Assembly: GCA_002633005.1 (NCBI GenBank)
Contig: NMRA01000298.1
Location: 233,887-297,886, forward strand
DNA length: 64,000 bases
Direction: 5' to 3'
Source of the DNA: Phoronis australis
Taxonomy: Eukaryota > Animalia > Phoronida
The notes beneath the pieces were generated by a model. That model worked only from the letters and a program-made list of their open reading frames with translations. It did no database searches and had not been told where the DNA came from. Both the position numbers and the translations under genes were made by a program. Below, piece after piece: positions 40,201 to 51,000 of the stretch; the stretch's first letter is position 1; each line of letters begins with the position of its first letter.

Positions 40201-40758
40201 TAAAAATGCACCAAAACTTATTTATACGAAATACCGATATTCTACATTTCTTTGAATTTGAAAGATTTTTTCATCTGATCAGACGTGGTCACCTGCATGT
40301 TGTCATATCTGAGCAATGGCTGCGCATATTTGGAGACCGATACAATTTTGATATAATAATATTCAAGTACATACTCTGTCGGATTCAAAGTTGCCTATTC
40401 GGATAGTGTTTCTTAAATTTCCTCCCATGGTTACAACATTTCCTCGAGACTCCATCTGGTGGAAGCTTTCCTGGGATAAGTAACATAAACCATTATCTTC
40501 TTCGTAATAAGCAGAGACGCAAACTGTATTTCTCCTGCAGTACACAGCACATTCTAACTGGCTTCTAATACCAGTTAGTTTCCCATAGAATGACGGTGAA
40601 AACGAACTCGAAATATTCGCCACACTAGCGGTAAATCCGGGCCTCAACACAGCGCATGTTTCGATTCTTTCTCCAAACAATGTTCCGGATCCAGAACCAA
40701 AAAATAGACAAGTAAAAACAGCTGCGGTACGAAGAGGCATGGTGGTACGTGCCGTCAT
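25084..40758 (-). CDS. Copy C (complete, 12 coding exons): secreted PAN + Cys-rich + 3x CTHRC1-C-terminal-domain + FN2 protein, ~677 aa
   Basis: Exons 40758-40375, 38726-38615, 38414-38320, 35561-35363, 34712-34554, 34040-33873, 31193-31111, 30780-30579, 29365-29213, 28726-28620, 27537-27312, 25229-25084. All have GT-AG boundaries and compatible phases, summing to 2034 nt with no internal stop. Motifs RWY(F/L)TFN..EC..P, (V/I)DG.C and TGW....VEE match the CTHRC1 C-terminal domain. Confidence 0.88.
27312..27537 (-). CDS. Copy C exon 11, CTHRC1 domain 3 core
   Basis: SVTYNKKSSQSLLSVQYNGDLR...GCARWYLTFNGAECSSPGKI. Confidence 0.88.
28620..28726 (-). CDS. Copy C exon 10, start of domain 3
   Basis: VVARDGSIQRLPEYNFHQWWWRSLNDNTDNGHIGSI. 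Confidence 0.85.
29213..29365 (-). CDS. Copy C exon 9, end of domain 2
   Basis: (I)DGLCNNIAAGRRSVEIHISRSHGSMDGYTGWNQRNRVIVEEIRYDLDISA. Confidence 0.88.
29439..29674. mobile_element. CATGCG-ended MITE
   Basis: TIR catgcgtgcaccc / gggtgagcgcatg; internal gggctcgaa/gagcccccc motifs shared with 60691-60895. Confidence 0.65.
30579..30780 (-). CDS. Copy C exon 8, CTHRC1 domain 2 core
   Basis: TFYYYKRAADTAIRVLFLANIY...LRYTVKFDGHDCSSPGTIDG. Confidence 0.87.
31111..31193 (-). CDS. Copy C exon 7, start of domain 2
   Basis: (G)TCPKLSRFNIKQFTWTGSRGEDSGHIY; not in the ORF track. Confidence 0.83.
32621..33063. mobile_element. Harbinger-like MITE (second partial copy at ~49281-49600)
   Basis: TIR cccggttgcatgaaacagtc / gactgtttcatgcagccggg. 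Confidence 0.65.
33873..34040 (-). CDS. Copy C exon 6, fibronectin type II domain
   Basis: TYGGNGGGSSCKFPFTYKGVAYSECT...PWCSITSNYDNDKRWGNC fits the FN2 consensus; symmetric phase 1-1 exon. Confidence 0.92.
34554..34712 (-). CDS. Copy C exon 5, end of domain 1
   Basis: VDGICDLQQTGDIVIKFNVGGCSGYGVPDSYTGWGNNMGASMTVEENDLRRSF. Confidence 0.88.
35363..35561 (-). CDS. Copy C exon 4, CTHRC1 domain 1 core
   Basis: TKTFKKQYAYTSLRVRFRGVVRSSYNCGGCCSRWYFTFNDQECSSPGKIE. Confidence 0.9.
38320..38414 (-). CDS. Copy C exon 3
   Basis: (A)PFKECDEVPVANIRHYYYTNFASGTDNGNLM. Confidence 0.85.
38615..38726 (-). CDS. Copy C exon 2, Cys-rich module
   Basis: GNTNNKADSSTECSNTNCADGDHACMKDCTNNAGVCV. Confidence 0.85.
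40375..40758 (-). CDS. Copy C first coding exon: signal peptide + PAN/apple-like domain
   Basis: MTARTTMPLRTAAVFTCLFFGSGSG leader (start could be the second Met at 40740); SQLECAVYC....CVSAYY....GLCYLS. Confidence 0.82.
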
Positions 40759-43700
40759 GATACTGTTGGAAACGCAAGTGCGATTGGGGTCTCTGTGAAA
40801 TTATTCAACTTAACTTTTGTCGATATACATTGCAGTGTGGTTATTCAAGTGCCAATGGATCGATATCTGTATTTAGTGTGTCCATAATTCATAACATCTT
40901 CATGTTATCCGAAAGACATCGACCGTGCGATGAATGTGGGGTCGCAATTTGTCTTGAAGTAATTATTGGTTCTTTGTTTTGACTGCTTGTATAGAACACT
41001 GTTGCGATATTTGTGACCAAGTGTCATGTGTGGGTATCGATTAGACTAGGAATTCGGCATTGTAACCCGCTGGCAACATTAATTTTCACCCAATACAAGA
41101 TATCTCCAACTACAAGACTCCAAAGTTGTTGAACCTAATAACAACAATCATTAAAATTATGGACGACCTTGTCGACAAGTCTGTGTATAGTCCAGCGCTT
41201 GCAATAGATTTTAACACAGTAGAAGTATATGTTTTCTCAAAGAAGAAAACACGTAAAATTTGAAATTTATCTTTTTCCAAACGGCCATTCAGTGGGCCTC
41301 GTGACCATCATCAACAAAAAGGTGTATTGATGCAAAATACCGATTTTTGTTGCATGATCAATTTATTTTCGCTTGACATAAATGTTTAGGACAGAACCCC
41401 AAAAACCTTGTCACTGTTTTCCTAATTGGCCAATAGCTTATGTTAAATGCAAATATTACGTTTTTTTTTCAGGAAGACCATACAAGTCTTATTCTTGAGT
41501 AGGCCCATCTCATGCAAAAGTGGAGGCGTAAAATACAATTCTTAGCAGCGTTTGAGAGACGACAGCATATATCTTAGTGCAATTTTCCACTAGTTTTTGC
41601 ATGTAATAATTGCTAAAATAGTCGTTTTCGCATTTTTCAATGTCCGAGTACCTTTATGCAAACAAACTGAGTTACAGCAAGTGACGTTTTATGGCAAGAA
41701 CACATTACAACCCATGTTATTAATGAACTAAGGCGCTCCTGATGTTTATCTTTGTGGAGAAGTTTACCAAAATATAATTTTACTTGGCGGCCATATTGTG
41801 TTAAGTAAGTGGATATATGCCGTAATATACATGTACATGTACCTACCTGGAGGTTTTGTGTGAATCCTTTCAAAGTATTCTGATATACATGTATGATAGT
41901 CCGAAGTAAGCCAAATTAGGATATTTTATAGGGTTCTACATTAGCTAAACATTGAGTTTTGATGTCAGTTTTACAAAACATTGCAAGTCGTTACCACCTG
42001 CCCACGTTCCGGTCGCCTGACAATAGAGCCGTCCGGAAATACCGCAGCAAAACTTTCATGTTTCAGTATTTACCTACAATGCAACACAGGTGTCGTTACT
42101 CGTCTTGCTTCTTAATGTGGAGTTTTTTTCTAGTTAGTCACTATAATTGATGCAGCAATAAGCCGCCTCTCTGTCGAAGGAACTAAATTTTGTTTGAGTT
42201 AACGGTATCAAATTAGTGTTAGCTTGCCCGAACTCATTTGAGAAGATAATTTTGTTAGTGCAAAGAATTGACAGTTCGTTATTCCTCAATATCATGTTTG
42301 GCGAAAAGCGAATCAAGCTTTAGAACCTGCTATCAAGCAAAAATGAGCTGTCAGAAACTGCTCAGATAGGATCGTGCTCTGTGAGGCTCACAGGTTAAGT
42401 TTTTAGAAACCAGAAGGAAAAACATTTAAAGGGACACTATTGACAATATACTTTCTTTCTGAGATCGGTCAAACGATTAGTAGAACTCATAACCTCAGCG
42501 GACGCAGTCCAATGTTTTTTTTTTCTGGCAGAGTTTAAGAGGAATGGAACGCGAAAGCTCTTGAAAATTGACTTTTAAACCATTCCTGACGAACGTACGA
42601 TCTAGCGATGTGTACTCTCTTCCCACAAAAAACATAAAGTTCACGATTTTGAAATAAACCCCAATAAAAAGGTCTGTAGTCACAATAGAGTTCCTAATCT
42701 TCTTCCCACTTACATGTACATTCTGTGTATGATAAACGCATGCATGCACTCAGTCATTCGACAAACAACTGACTAACAGATTGGTATTAACGGCTGACTA
42801 TATGTGACTGTGATGGGACTCCGATCTGAGATCGATAGCACAGTATGAGACAAGCCAGTGAAGCAAACAACTCTCCAGTATTTTAGAATATATTTGAATG
42901 CCACGATACCTTTATAAATAGTTTTAAGCAGTTCGAACTTATATCAATTGCCTCTCAATCACACTAGCTGCTGCTTGAAGTCGACATTGTTTTGTTCACA
43001 CTAAAGTTCAAAGGTCACATGCAATGAATGAGCCCCCCGTTTGACGAAACGGGCAAGAAGGTCCACCCCTGAGAGACAAAAAGTCCAAGAAAATGGGACT
43101 AAATAATAGAAAACGCGCACTTCACGGTAGTGCTCCCGTTTTTTTTTTTGTTTTTTTTTTNCGTGATTTCCATGTTGACTTACAGGAAAATGAATGATGC
43201 AACTGTGTTTACAAGTGAAATTCTGCATTGACTGCAATCAACACTACATGTATTTCACCTTGATTCTACACGTCCATCTTTTCCTTTGCATTCGCAGTAA
43301 CCTGAACGTGCAGCGACAAACTGTTCTCGATTCCTTAAGTAGTCTTATTGGAGTGTGTAGCGTTAAACCGTTTGTACTAGCATATCTGACTATTTGAATT
43401 CTTATTTTAGATGATAGTTCTGTGTATACTACTTTCATCTATGTACTGTCTACAACCAGATACAATGCTTCGTGATTTCTGGGTTTGTAGTTATTTCATT
43501 GTATGATCTGTGTATGTTTAAGTAAATAAATATCATTGGGAAAAATCTTGAAATCTTTTACACTAAAAGTGACTTAAGTTTTACAGAGAAAATTGGTTTT
43601 GAGCTCCGCACAACTGTTTCAGAAATTATATTTAAACATCATTTGGATATGTAAATGCAACTTAATCCTAATTTAGAGGAATTCGTAAACTGTACTGAAG

Positions 43701-44382
43701 AAAGGACATGAAACTCAAACGACATACAATTGGTGGCATCAGTCACTTGTTTTAACCTGTAGTCAGGTACATGTATTGTGACCGGTAGGAGCCCATCTCC
43801 CAACCCACCGCATTTCCAGGTCTTTTCTGGGAAACGTCAACGCGAAGTTCGAATCAACCTAAGGCTCAACGGGGATAAAACATTATTGCTAATACCATAG
43901 AAAATGAAAAGTAGAAGGCTATCAGCACGGGGAATTGAAAACTTGGTGATGACCGGGGCGTGGTGAGCAAAGTGAACCGATACATAATTTCGCACCAACG
44001 CGTAAGGATAGCTGTCCACGGACCGTTGTCTACAGATTTTGTGCACAGGATATCCACCTACACTTAAAAATGGAGCTTAGGCTCACAAATCTAAGTGCGA
44101 AAAATACCGGCGAATTACCGATCTTAAAAGAGGCCTGAACTACATGTTTCAGAATATTAACATGAATTTTGAAAGTATAAAGGTTGGTTACTGGCATTCA
44201 CATATTCTTAAATAGTGCCCCACTGCAGGTGCTGTTTTTTCTTGACGTTACTGAGGCTGTACAGCACAAAGATATATAGGCCATTTGCCGTGCGAGTACG
44301 GAGTACAGTCGACAGATCAACATATGCATACTCTCAACCTCTTTCGTTTTTCTTTCCTGTGACTTTGATTCATCCCAGGGCT

Positions 44383-45162
44383 TAGCCACCCAGGTAGCTG
44401 TATGAAGACTATCTTCAAAAGACAACTACACTGTAGGTACCAGTAGCACTGTTTGTGTTGAGCTCTGTTAGACTCCGAGATTTCACATAGCCCGGGTAGT
44501 TCTGCTCGTCACCTCGTCGCAAAACTTATATCAACATGTAGAGCTCTAAACCGACAAGGGAGCGTGCAAATATCTGGGTGTCAACCGACACTCACCTTGC
44601 CCGCTGGAGCCATTTAAGTGAAAAACAATCTAGTAAACGTTTCTTTATTTCATTATTCTCAGCCTTTTGTAACAAAGAAAACTGTACATGTACGCTCAAC
44701 ACACGCTATTTCCTAAAATTTTGCGACATCCGCAGTGTCGGGAAATGATGACACCTTCGCAGGAACAAAAATGTTTTTATGAAATTCGGTTTCCTGGTAT
44801 TAAATTCCTAAAAACTCGTAAGGAAATGAAATCAAGTCTAATGATTTGTTTTGACATGTACACAACTTCGAAGAACAGTTCGATTGCTTGGAAGAAGAAC
44901 AACTCTGGGAACAAAACTGGCCGTGAGGCAACAGTTGACGGCGCCGATAGCCGACCTTAAAGAGCGCACTCAAATTTTAGCAGCAGAGTGAACAACAGAA
45001 CGCCAAATGTTTTCAACGCCAGTCAACAATTTAGTATACTCAAAGAAGAGTGTAATTTTTAATGACACTAATTTTGTGTCAGATTTTATTTGATCAGTTT
45101 TTACCCACGTCGGTGCAACGGCCGCTGTTTATTTACTATACAGCTTGCACCAAGGCAGGCTA
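44383..45162 (-). mobile_element. Same family, full-length inverted copy
   Basis: TAGCCACC...AGCTGTAT at the left and ATACAGCT...GGCAGGCTA at the right; flanks ggct/cgct. Confidence 0.65.
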
Positions 45163-47947
45163 CGCTGTCGGGGCTCTTTCCGGGCCCGTGCCGAGAATGG
45201 CATCAGTCAACACTACAAGGCAGTACACTTGTATTATGAACTTTTGAGAGCCGAGATCGCAGAGGAGTTATGCACATTAACCACAGTTCTGTAGACGAGA
45301 AGCATTCACCCAATGAGCTATATAATAAGATTGATTTACCTTATTGCCTTCACACTTGGTACAGCCTCAACTGACGTCAGACGCTCGTTAGGCAGTAGGA
45401 ATAAACATTGGAAAAACGCTTTTTTACAAAAATTTGAAAGAGTAACGAAGATGTGATTTCTGATAAAGACTTCATTTATAGATTAAATTACATTAAAAAT
45501 GCATGGTATTGTACTTCAGGAACGTTTTAAAAAAGCAAGGTGCATGAATCTTAATGTGCGAAGTTTCGCCCGAAGTCAAAATAGCTGCAGCTCATCGTTT
45601 TCGAATATGAACCAGTTTTCAGACGGATTTGGCGCAATGGGCCCACCGTAATTACCATTTTCATTATTTTCAAATCATGTTATTGGTGTCGGCCTCTTTT
45701 TCTGCCACGTCGTTAGAAGGATCATTGTGAAACTCATTAGATGCCTTGTGTTTGCATTAAGACAAGTACATGTACAACTAACCGTGACGGATGCATTTTT
45801 AGGGCGGCCCATAACCATCCTGAGGTGTTTTGTTTCGGTCTCATTAATTGCCAAGTTTTTGTTGGGTTTCCATGAAATTTGGTGTGTTTCTGTTTGCACT
45901 GAAGGCAGAACGGATATAGTTGTTTTTTGGGTATACGCCGATCCACTGTAGCGATCTCCACTTATTATAATTTAGGTTTTATTTACGTTTGCCTCATGAA
46001 ATTAAAGAATTACGTTCCTATGAGAGAGACAAAGGCACCTGCACAATTTCTATCGGGATGAATCAAGTCTGCTCACTTTATTGGCCACTTTTATTATTTT
46101 TGGTGCCTGGCTCCCTCTACGGCAAACTGTTCGAAGAATCATCATCAAGTTTGCTGGTGTATCCCATTGAGGAAAACATGACCGACGTAAATTTTTGAAG
46201 AAATCCATGCAGAGCATCCTAGCGGCAATTTACGTGTAGCTTTCTTAGCGAGTTCTTAACCTGTCTCTACGAAAATTGCATGCTTGATGGTTGTCAATAG
46301 AGACTATTGTTGATTTTCAGACAGATCCGGATACTATGGCGCCACTGTGGTGCTAATTTGACGTCAATGCTTCTCCCAATACACTTGACGGTTCTTCATT
46401 AAATTTCTCGTCTGCGTTTCCATTAAGTAGAGCACGACTGCTGTTCCCTTTAGAACAGATGAGACTACTGTGGTGCTCCCTTGTAATTTAATTGTGGTTG
46501 TCTCAGCATCTACCATTATTGTTCATGTACCTTCGTTAAATTTAGCGTATGATCAGTGCCGATTGACTAACGCCGAGTGGTGTTGAATTTGAACTGATCT
46601 GACTGTTGTGTCAAACTGACACTGTGTCTGCCTTGATATCAACCAAATTGATTGACAGATGTCCATGAAATTTTTTCTTACCTTTTCTAGCATGTAGTAT
46701 CTCAATAGGAACTCTCAGACAGATTTTGACAAACTTTGCTATTTGCGTTTTTACGTAACATATAGGCAGCATACTGTGGATAATTGTGGTCCGTGAGATG
46801 AGTTTATTGGTGTTCGTCAAGATCATGAAAGTTTTTGGTAAATATCCAAAGCATACACGTATAATTTAAACAAGCCACGTGCATGTAATCTCACTGTCTT
46901 TCACTCTCTAAAATTTTCCGTTACACAATGAGCATTTGTGTTTTTGAGGCGTATCTCGATTATACTGATTATAAAGAATATAAAGCTAAGTGGTAAACAC
47001 AAAGAAATTTTCAAGTGCATATTGGTTATATTTACCTGTGGACCGTGCAATAGATCTTTGCATTACAAAATTTCTGCAATAGGATAGATCACGGTAATAC
47101 AACTTATTTCAATTAGTCTTGCTAGAAGGCTAAGCTACCACACTATGAGAACGTCCCTCGACTTTGGTGACACATGGCAGCTACAAATACAATCCCAAGA
47201 CATTACTTAGTTATTTAAAAAAAATGAAAAATATTTTCGAAGAAAGCCCTCAAGTCTATTGAATACTGGCGCAGTTTTGACGACTAGATTTAAAAACAAT
47301 GCGGGTCGGTTGCAACATTGATTACAGACAATAGATTCGCTACTCCGACAATTTCTTTCAAAATTTCCTAGAGGCGCCACAATCTAAACATAGCAAACTC
47401 AGCTTCTGGGTCGTGCATTGTGCCGCGAAATTCTTGCATCTAATTTACCAGCGACGGATTTAAGGGGGTCAAGAATCACTTTGGCAGTTTGGGGAGTGGG
47501 CATGTCTGCCGGCAAAATCCTGACTGATTTCGGCATTGAAAAGATGTTCAAAATCTTCCAAAAATAGAGTCCAGAAATTTTGAGCGGTGCCATTGGAGCA
47601 TGTAATCTGCTGTTGAAATGCAAGATAGATTTTGAGTTGGCCTGGTGGTTATTTCTGGAGTGTTAATGTGAGCGTTATTTAAGAAGTTAACGTTTTACGA
47701 GCGTTCAATTTTTTTAACCACGTATGTGTGTTGGGCTAAATCGCCGATCCAAATCCTGACGAAATTACCATAATTAGCAGACGACGTAGTTGCCAGAAGT
47801 AAAACGTGCTATCAGTCAACCACTCAGTTGTCGCTAGTGAATAGTGACGTCACGGCTTATGCGTAAGATCACAGATTTCGTCCATTAAAAATATACGGAG
47901 TTGACAGTTCATTTACTATATGGGTGCAGCAAGTAACTGCATGGGTG

Positions 47948-48093
47948 CTAGTTGACGGGGAATACTTCGTTAACCAGCAAACGGCTAGTCGACTCCCAGC
48001 CAGTGTAAGCTTCGTTGTAGCTTTGTCCAGGACACGTCTGAAGGTATAATCTAATGTTATAGCTCCCTGCTGGAAGTTCACAGTATCCGCCAA
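47948..48093 (-). CDS. Copy D exon 12 (terminal)
   Basis: GGYCELPAGSYNIRLYLQTCPGQSYNEAYTGWESTSRLLVNEVFPVN-stop. Confidence 0.88.
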
Positions 48094-51000
48094 CTGTAAA
48101 GGAAAGAATTAGAATATATTCACCATGGTTTATTTTAGAAAACATCTGAGGCTGCAACAAGAGCAGACTTCTACCCAAGCAGTTGGTCTGCGTTCCGCTG
48201 ACTCAAAACACTAGCGAATCAACTTCGTGACAAGAACTGTTGCCTTATGGACCTGAAGCACTGAACTGTAAACCATGGTTCATCATTCCAGTTTCACCAG
48301 TCAGTCCTGTCACTGGTCATCGTTTTCTACGGTACGCTATCAACTGAGTTACCAAACAAAATGCACTCGTTTTTCAATCGGGTAATTTTGCTTAACTTTG
48401 TTTTTCTTACCTTCTTGCGTCCAGTGAATGCATCCCTGAACTTTTCACTAGCCTAGGTAGGTACGTGTAATGTGTGGTAATTTTAATTTCCTAAATAAGC
48501 AGAGTGGCCAATGCCTTATTTATTGTTTACAATTTTATAAAAGAAGTCTGTAAAACAGACACCTGTCGGTGTTCTTGTGTCCTTAATAATAACTATAATG
48601 CCAATACAGATTGATTTAAAAACACGAGGCAAGAAATACCGTTTAAAAAAACTTTGCACTATTATATGGCACCAACTTTCATTTCCGCTCTATCTGTTCA
48701 CAGATGTTAAAGTATCTGCAATTTTATTTCGGTTTATCTAATGATGTTAACATTTCTCAAATGGGAAATGGCACAGCCACTTCACGTGTGACAATGGTCT
48801 GTGAAAGCGTCGCAGCTTCGACACCATACTCACAGATTGAAGCATGATGTTGATTGTCGTCCACGTTGTCCGTCCTGTGGAACAATCTTTGATAAACTAG
48901 TGTTGAAATAGGTCCAGGTGTTGAACATTCGGCTCCGTTGAAGGTCAGGTACCACCGGGAACATCCGGGTGTGCTGTAGGACGACTCGTACTGCCGAAGA
49001 TCTCCGCTGTACTGTACCGCTAGCATACTCTGTGATGACTTCTTGGTGTATGTGACCGACTGCGTACAACATTGAATTGATATGAAAATCTCACTGAATA
49101 AAAACATGAGCGTAATACAATAATATGAAAGTCATGCGATGTGCACCAGTTGGACCTACTCAGATTGTGCCAAATACAGCAGTTCGTATAACTAGCAAAC
49201 ACATTTGATGAGGTTTGCAACCCTGGGTTTGACCTATGTGCAAGTGCAATTAAGTATGCAGATACGGATTAAGGGGTGCAGTGTCCGGTTGCAAAAGACA
49301 GTCCCAAATAGGAACTCAGTCAAGTTTCCAAAATCTACTGCGTATTTGCTGACTTGTGAAAACACTGACTGTCCTATCTGATGCTGTTTGAGTATCATTA
49401 CTTTGACAATTTTGTTTCAATACAAATCAGGATTGAGCTCTACACTGAATTATCAATATTTTTGAAAATAAGTGGTGATCATTTCATGCAAAGCCCCAAA
49501 TTAAAGGACTACGTCCCTAAATATTTTGATTGACTGGAAGACTCATTTTTTGTTATATTATTAGAAAAGGCCATTAGTCAAAAAAGATAAAGATATATAA
49601 ATCATATATATCATATCGCGGGTGTCTCGGAGGGCTCAACGAGCTCTGTGGAGCAGAATGAACACATTAATTAGTTCCACAGGTTTTAAAAAGGTAAAAT
49701 TTGACTTAAAAAAGGATTAAAAATTTATTGCGTCATGCTTCTATTACTAAAATATATTCAAATCGTCGACATTCAACTCGTAGGCTACAGTTCACTGCAC
49801 TCCCACCCCCCTTCATTTGTGGATTGTTTTTTAGACTACTGTGAATTTTTGAAACTTTTTAAGATATGTTTGTTTAATAATTGAAAATCAAAGTCAATTA
49901 GCATGTGAATGTTTTTCCAGTTAAGTGACAAATCGGGGAACTGCAGCCGTGTTCGAACACTAAGCAAAGGTCAATGGCATTTCATGTGAGTTGCGCATTG
50001 TTGGGGATAAAAATGTTTTGTTTGTTGAAACGTGTATTTTTTTTTCTTTTAACGGCCAGTAAAGCCGGTTCCGATTTCCTGTCGAGTTATGGTACGAAAT
50101 GTGCTGTGGGTAATCACACGGCAATTGCTCTTACTTTGCCTTAGTTTCTCGATATGGCGATAACGAAAAGACATTTGCCGATCTAAAAAGGTTTTTCTAC
50201 TAATTCATTACCAGAAATGGTGCTGTTGTTGAAATTTGATGACCCATCGCGATGAGTTAGGGCACTCCAATAGTGTTGGCTGAGGGAGAGGCGGAGTATT
50301 CGTAATATGAACTTAGGATTGTATTATTGTATCGTCATTCATGTATGCAAAGAACTGGTAAAATTTGGACAAAAATTATCATATTCGTATAATAAGAGCC
50401 AGTCAGAACCAGAATCAAAACCAACCTAACAAAAGAATAATGCGTACATGTATACACGCTCACGGTGATATCAATACGTTTTCAAAGACAACAAGGCCGT
50501 CTTTCAGGAATCGTTCCTTAACTGATGCCAAGGAATTCACGTCACGGAAATATACGGAAATAGCCGAGGACTTTTTATCTCGCCCGAGGTACAAAATTGT
50601 AGTTAAAAAGGCTTTTAGTTTGATAACAGAGCAGATTTAAACATTATAAAATGTTACATATTGCTTAATGTCGTATAACTTTTAGAGTTTTTGAACAACA
50701 GTATACATGTATTAAGCCTTTGAGATAAGGAATTTAATCAATTTTGCTGTGTCACTTGGTCAGTTTGGTTTCCGTTTTGTCAAGCCATAATGAAAATAAT
50801 AGCAAGAAATTGGCGTAACCTATCTTTCTATTTTGAAAATCAGTGCAATCTAATGAGATTTTTAACTAACTAATTACACACCATATCTAACAAAGTTTGA
50901 ACACGTCAAAAGTACCGTTGCTTGAACTGCCATTTTTGTAGATTTCTCTGCAAAAGAATCTTGACTCAACGCTTTTGAACAAATATCCAAGTCGGGTTAA

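Noticed and set aside
25084-40758. Assigning the gene symbol CTHRC1
   Set aside because: It lacks the defining collagen repeat and has a different architecture; homology is at the domain level only.
45372-45379. CRE site TGACGTCA as a promoter element of copy C (also near 9795, 46359 and 47845)
   Set aside because: An 8-mer with no known transcription start and no visible conservation upstream of copy A.
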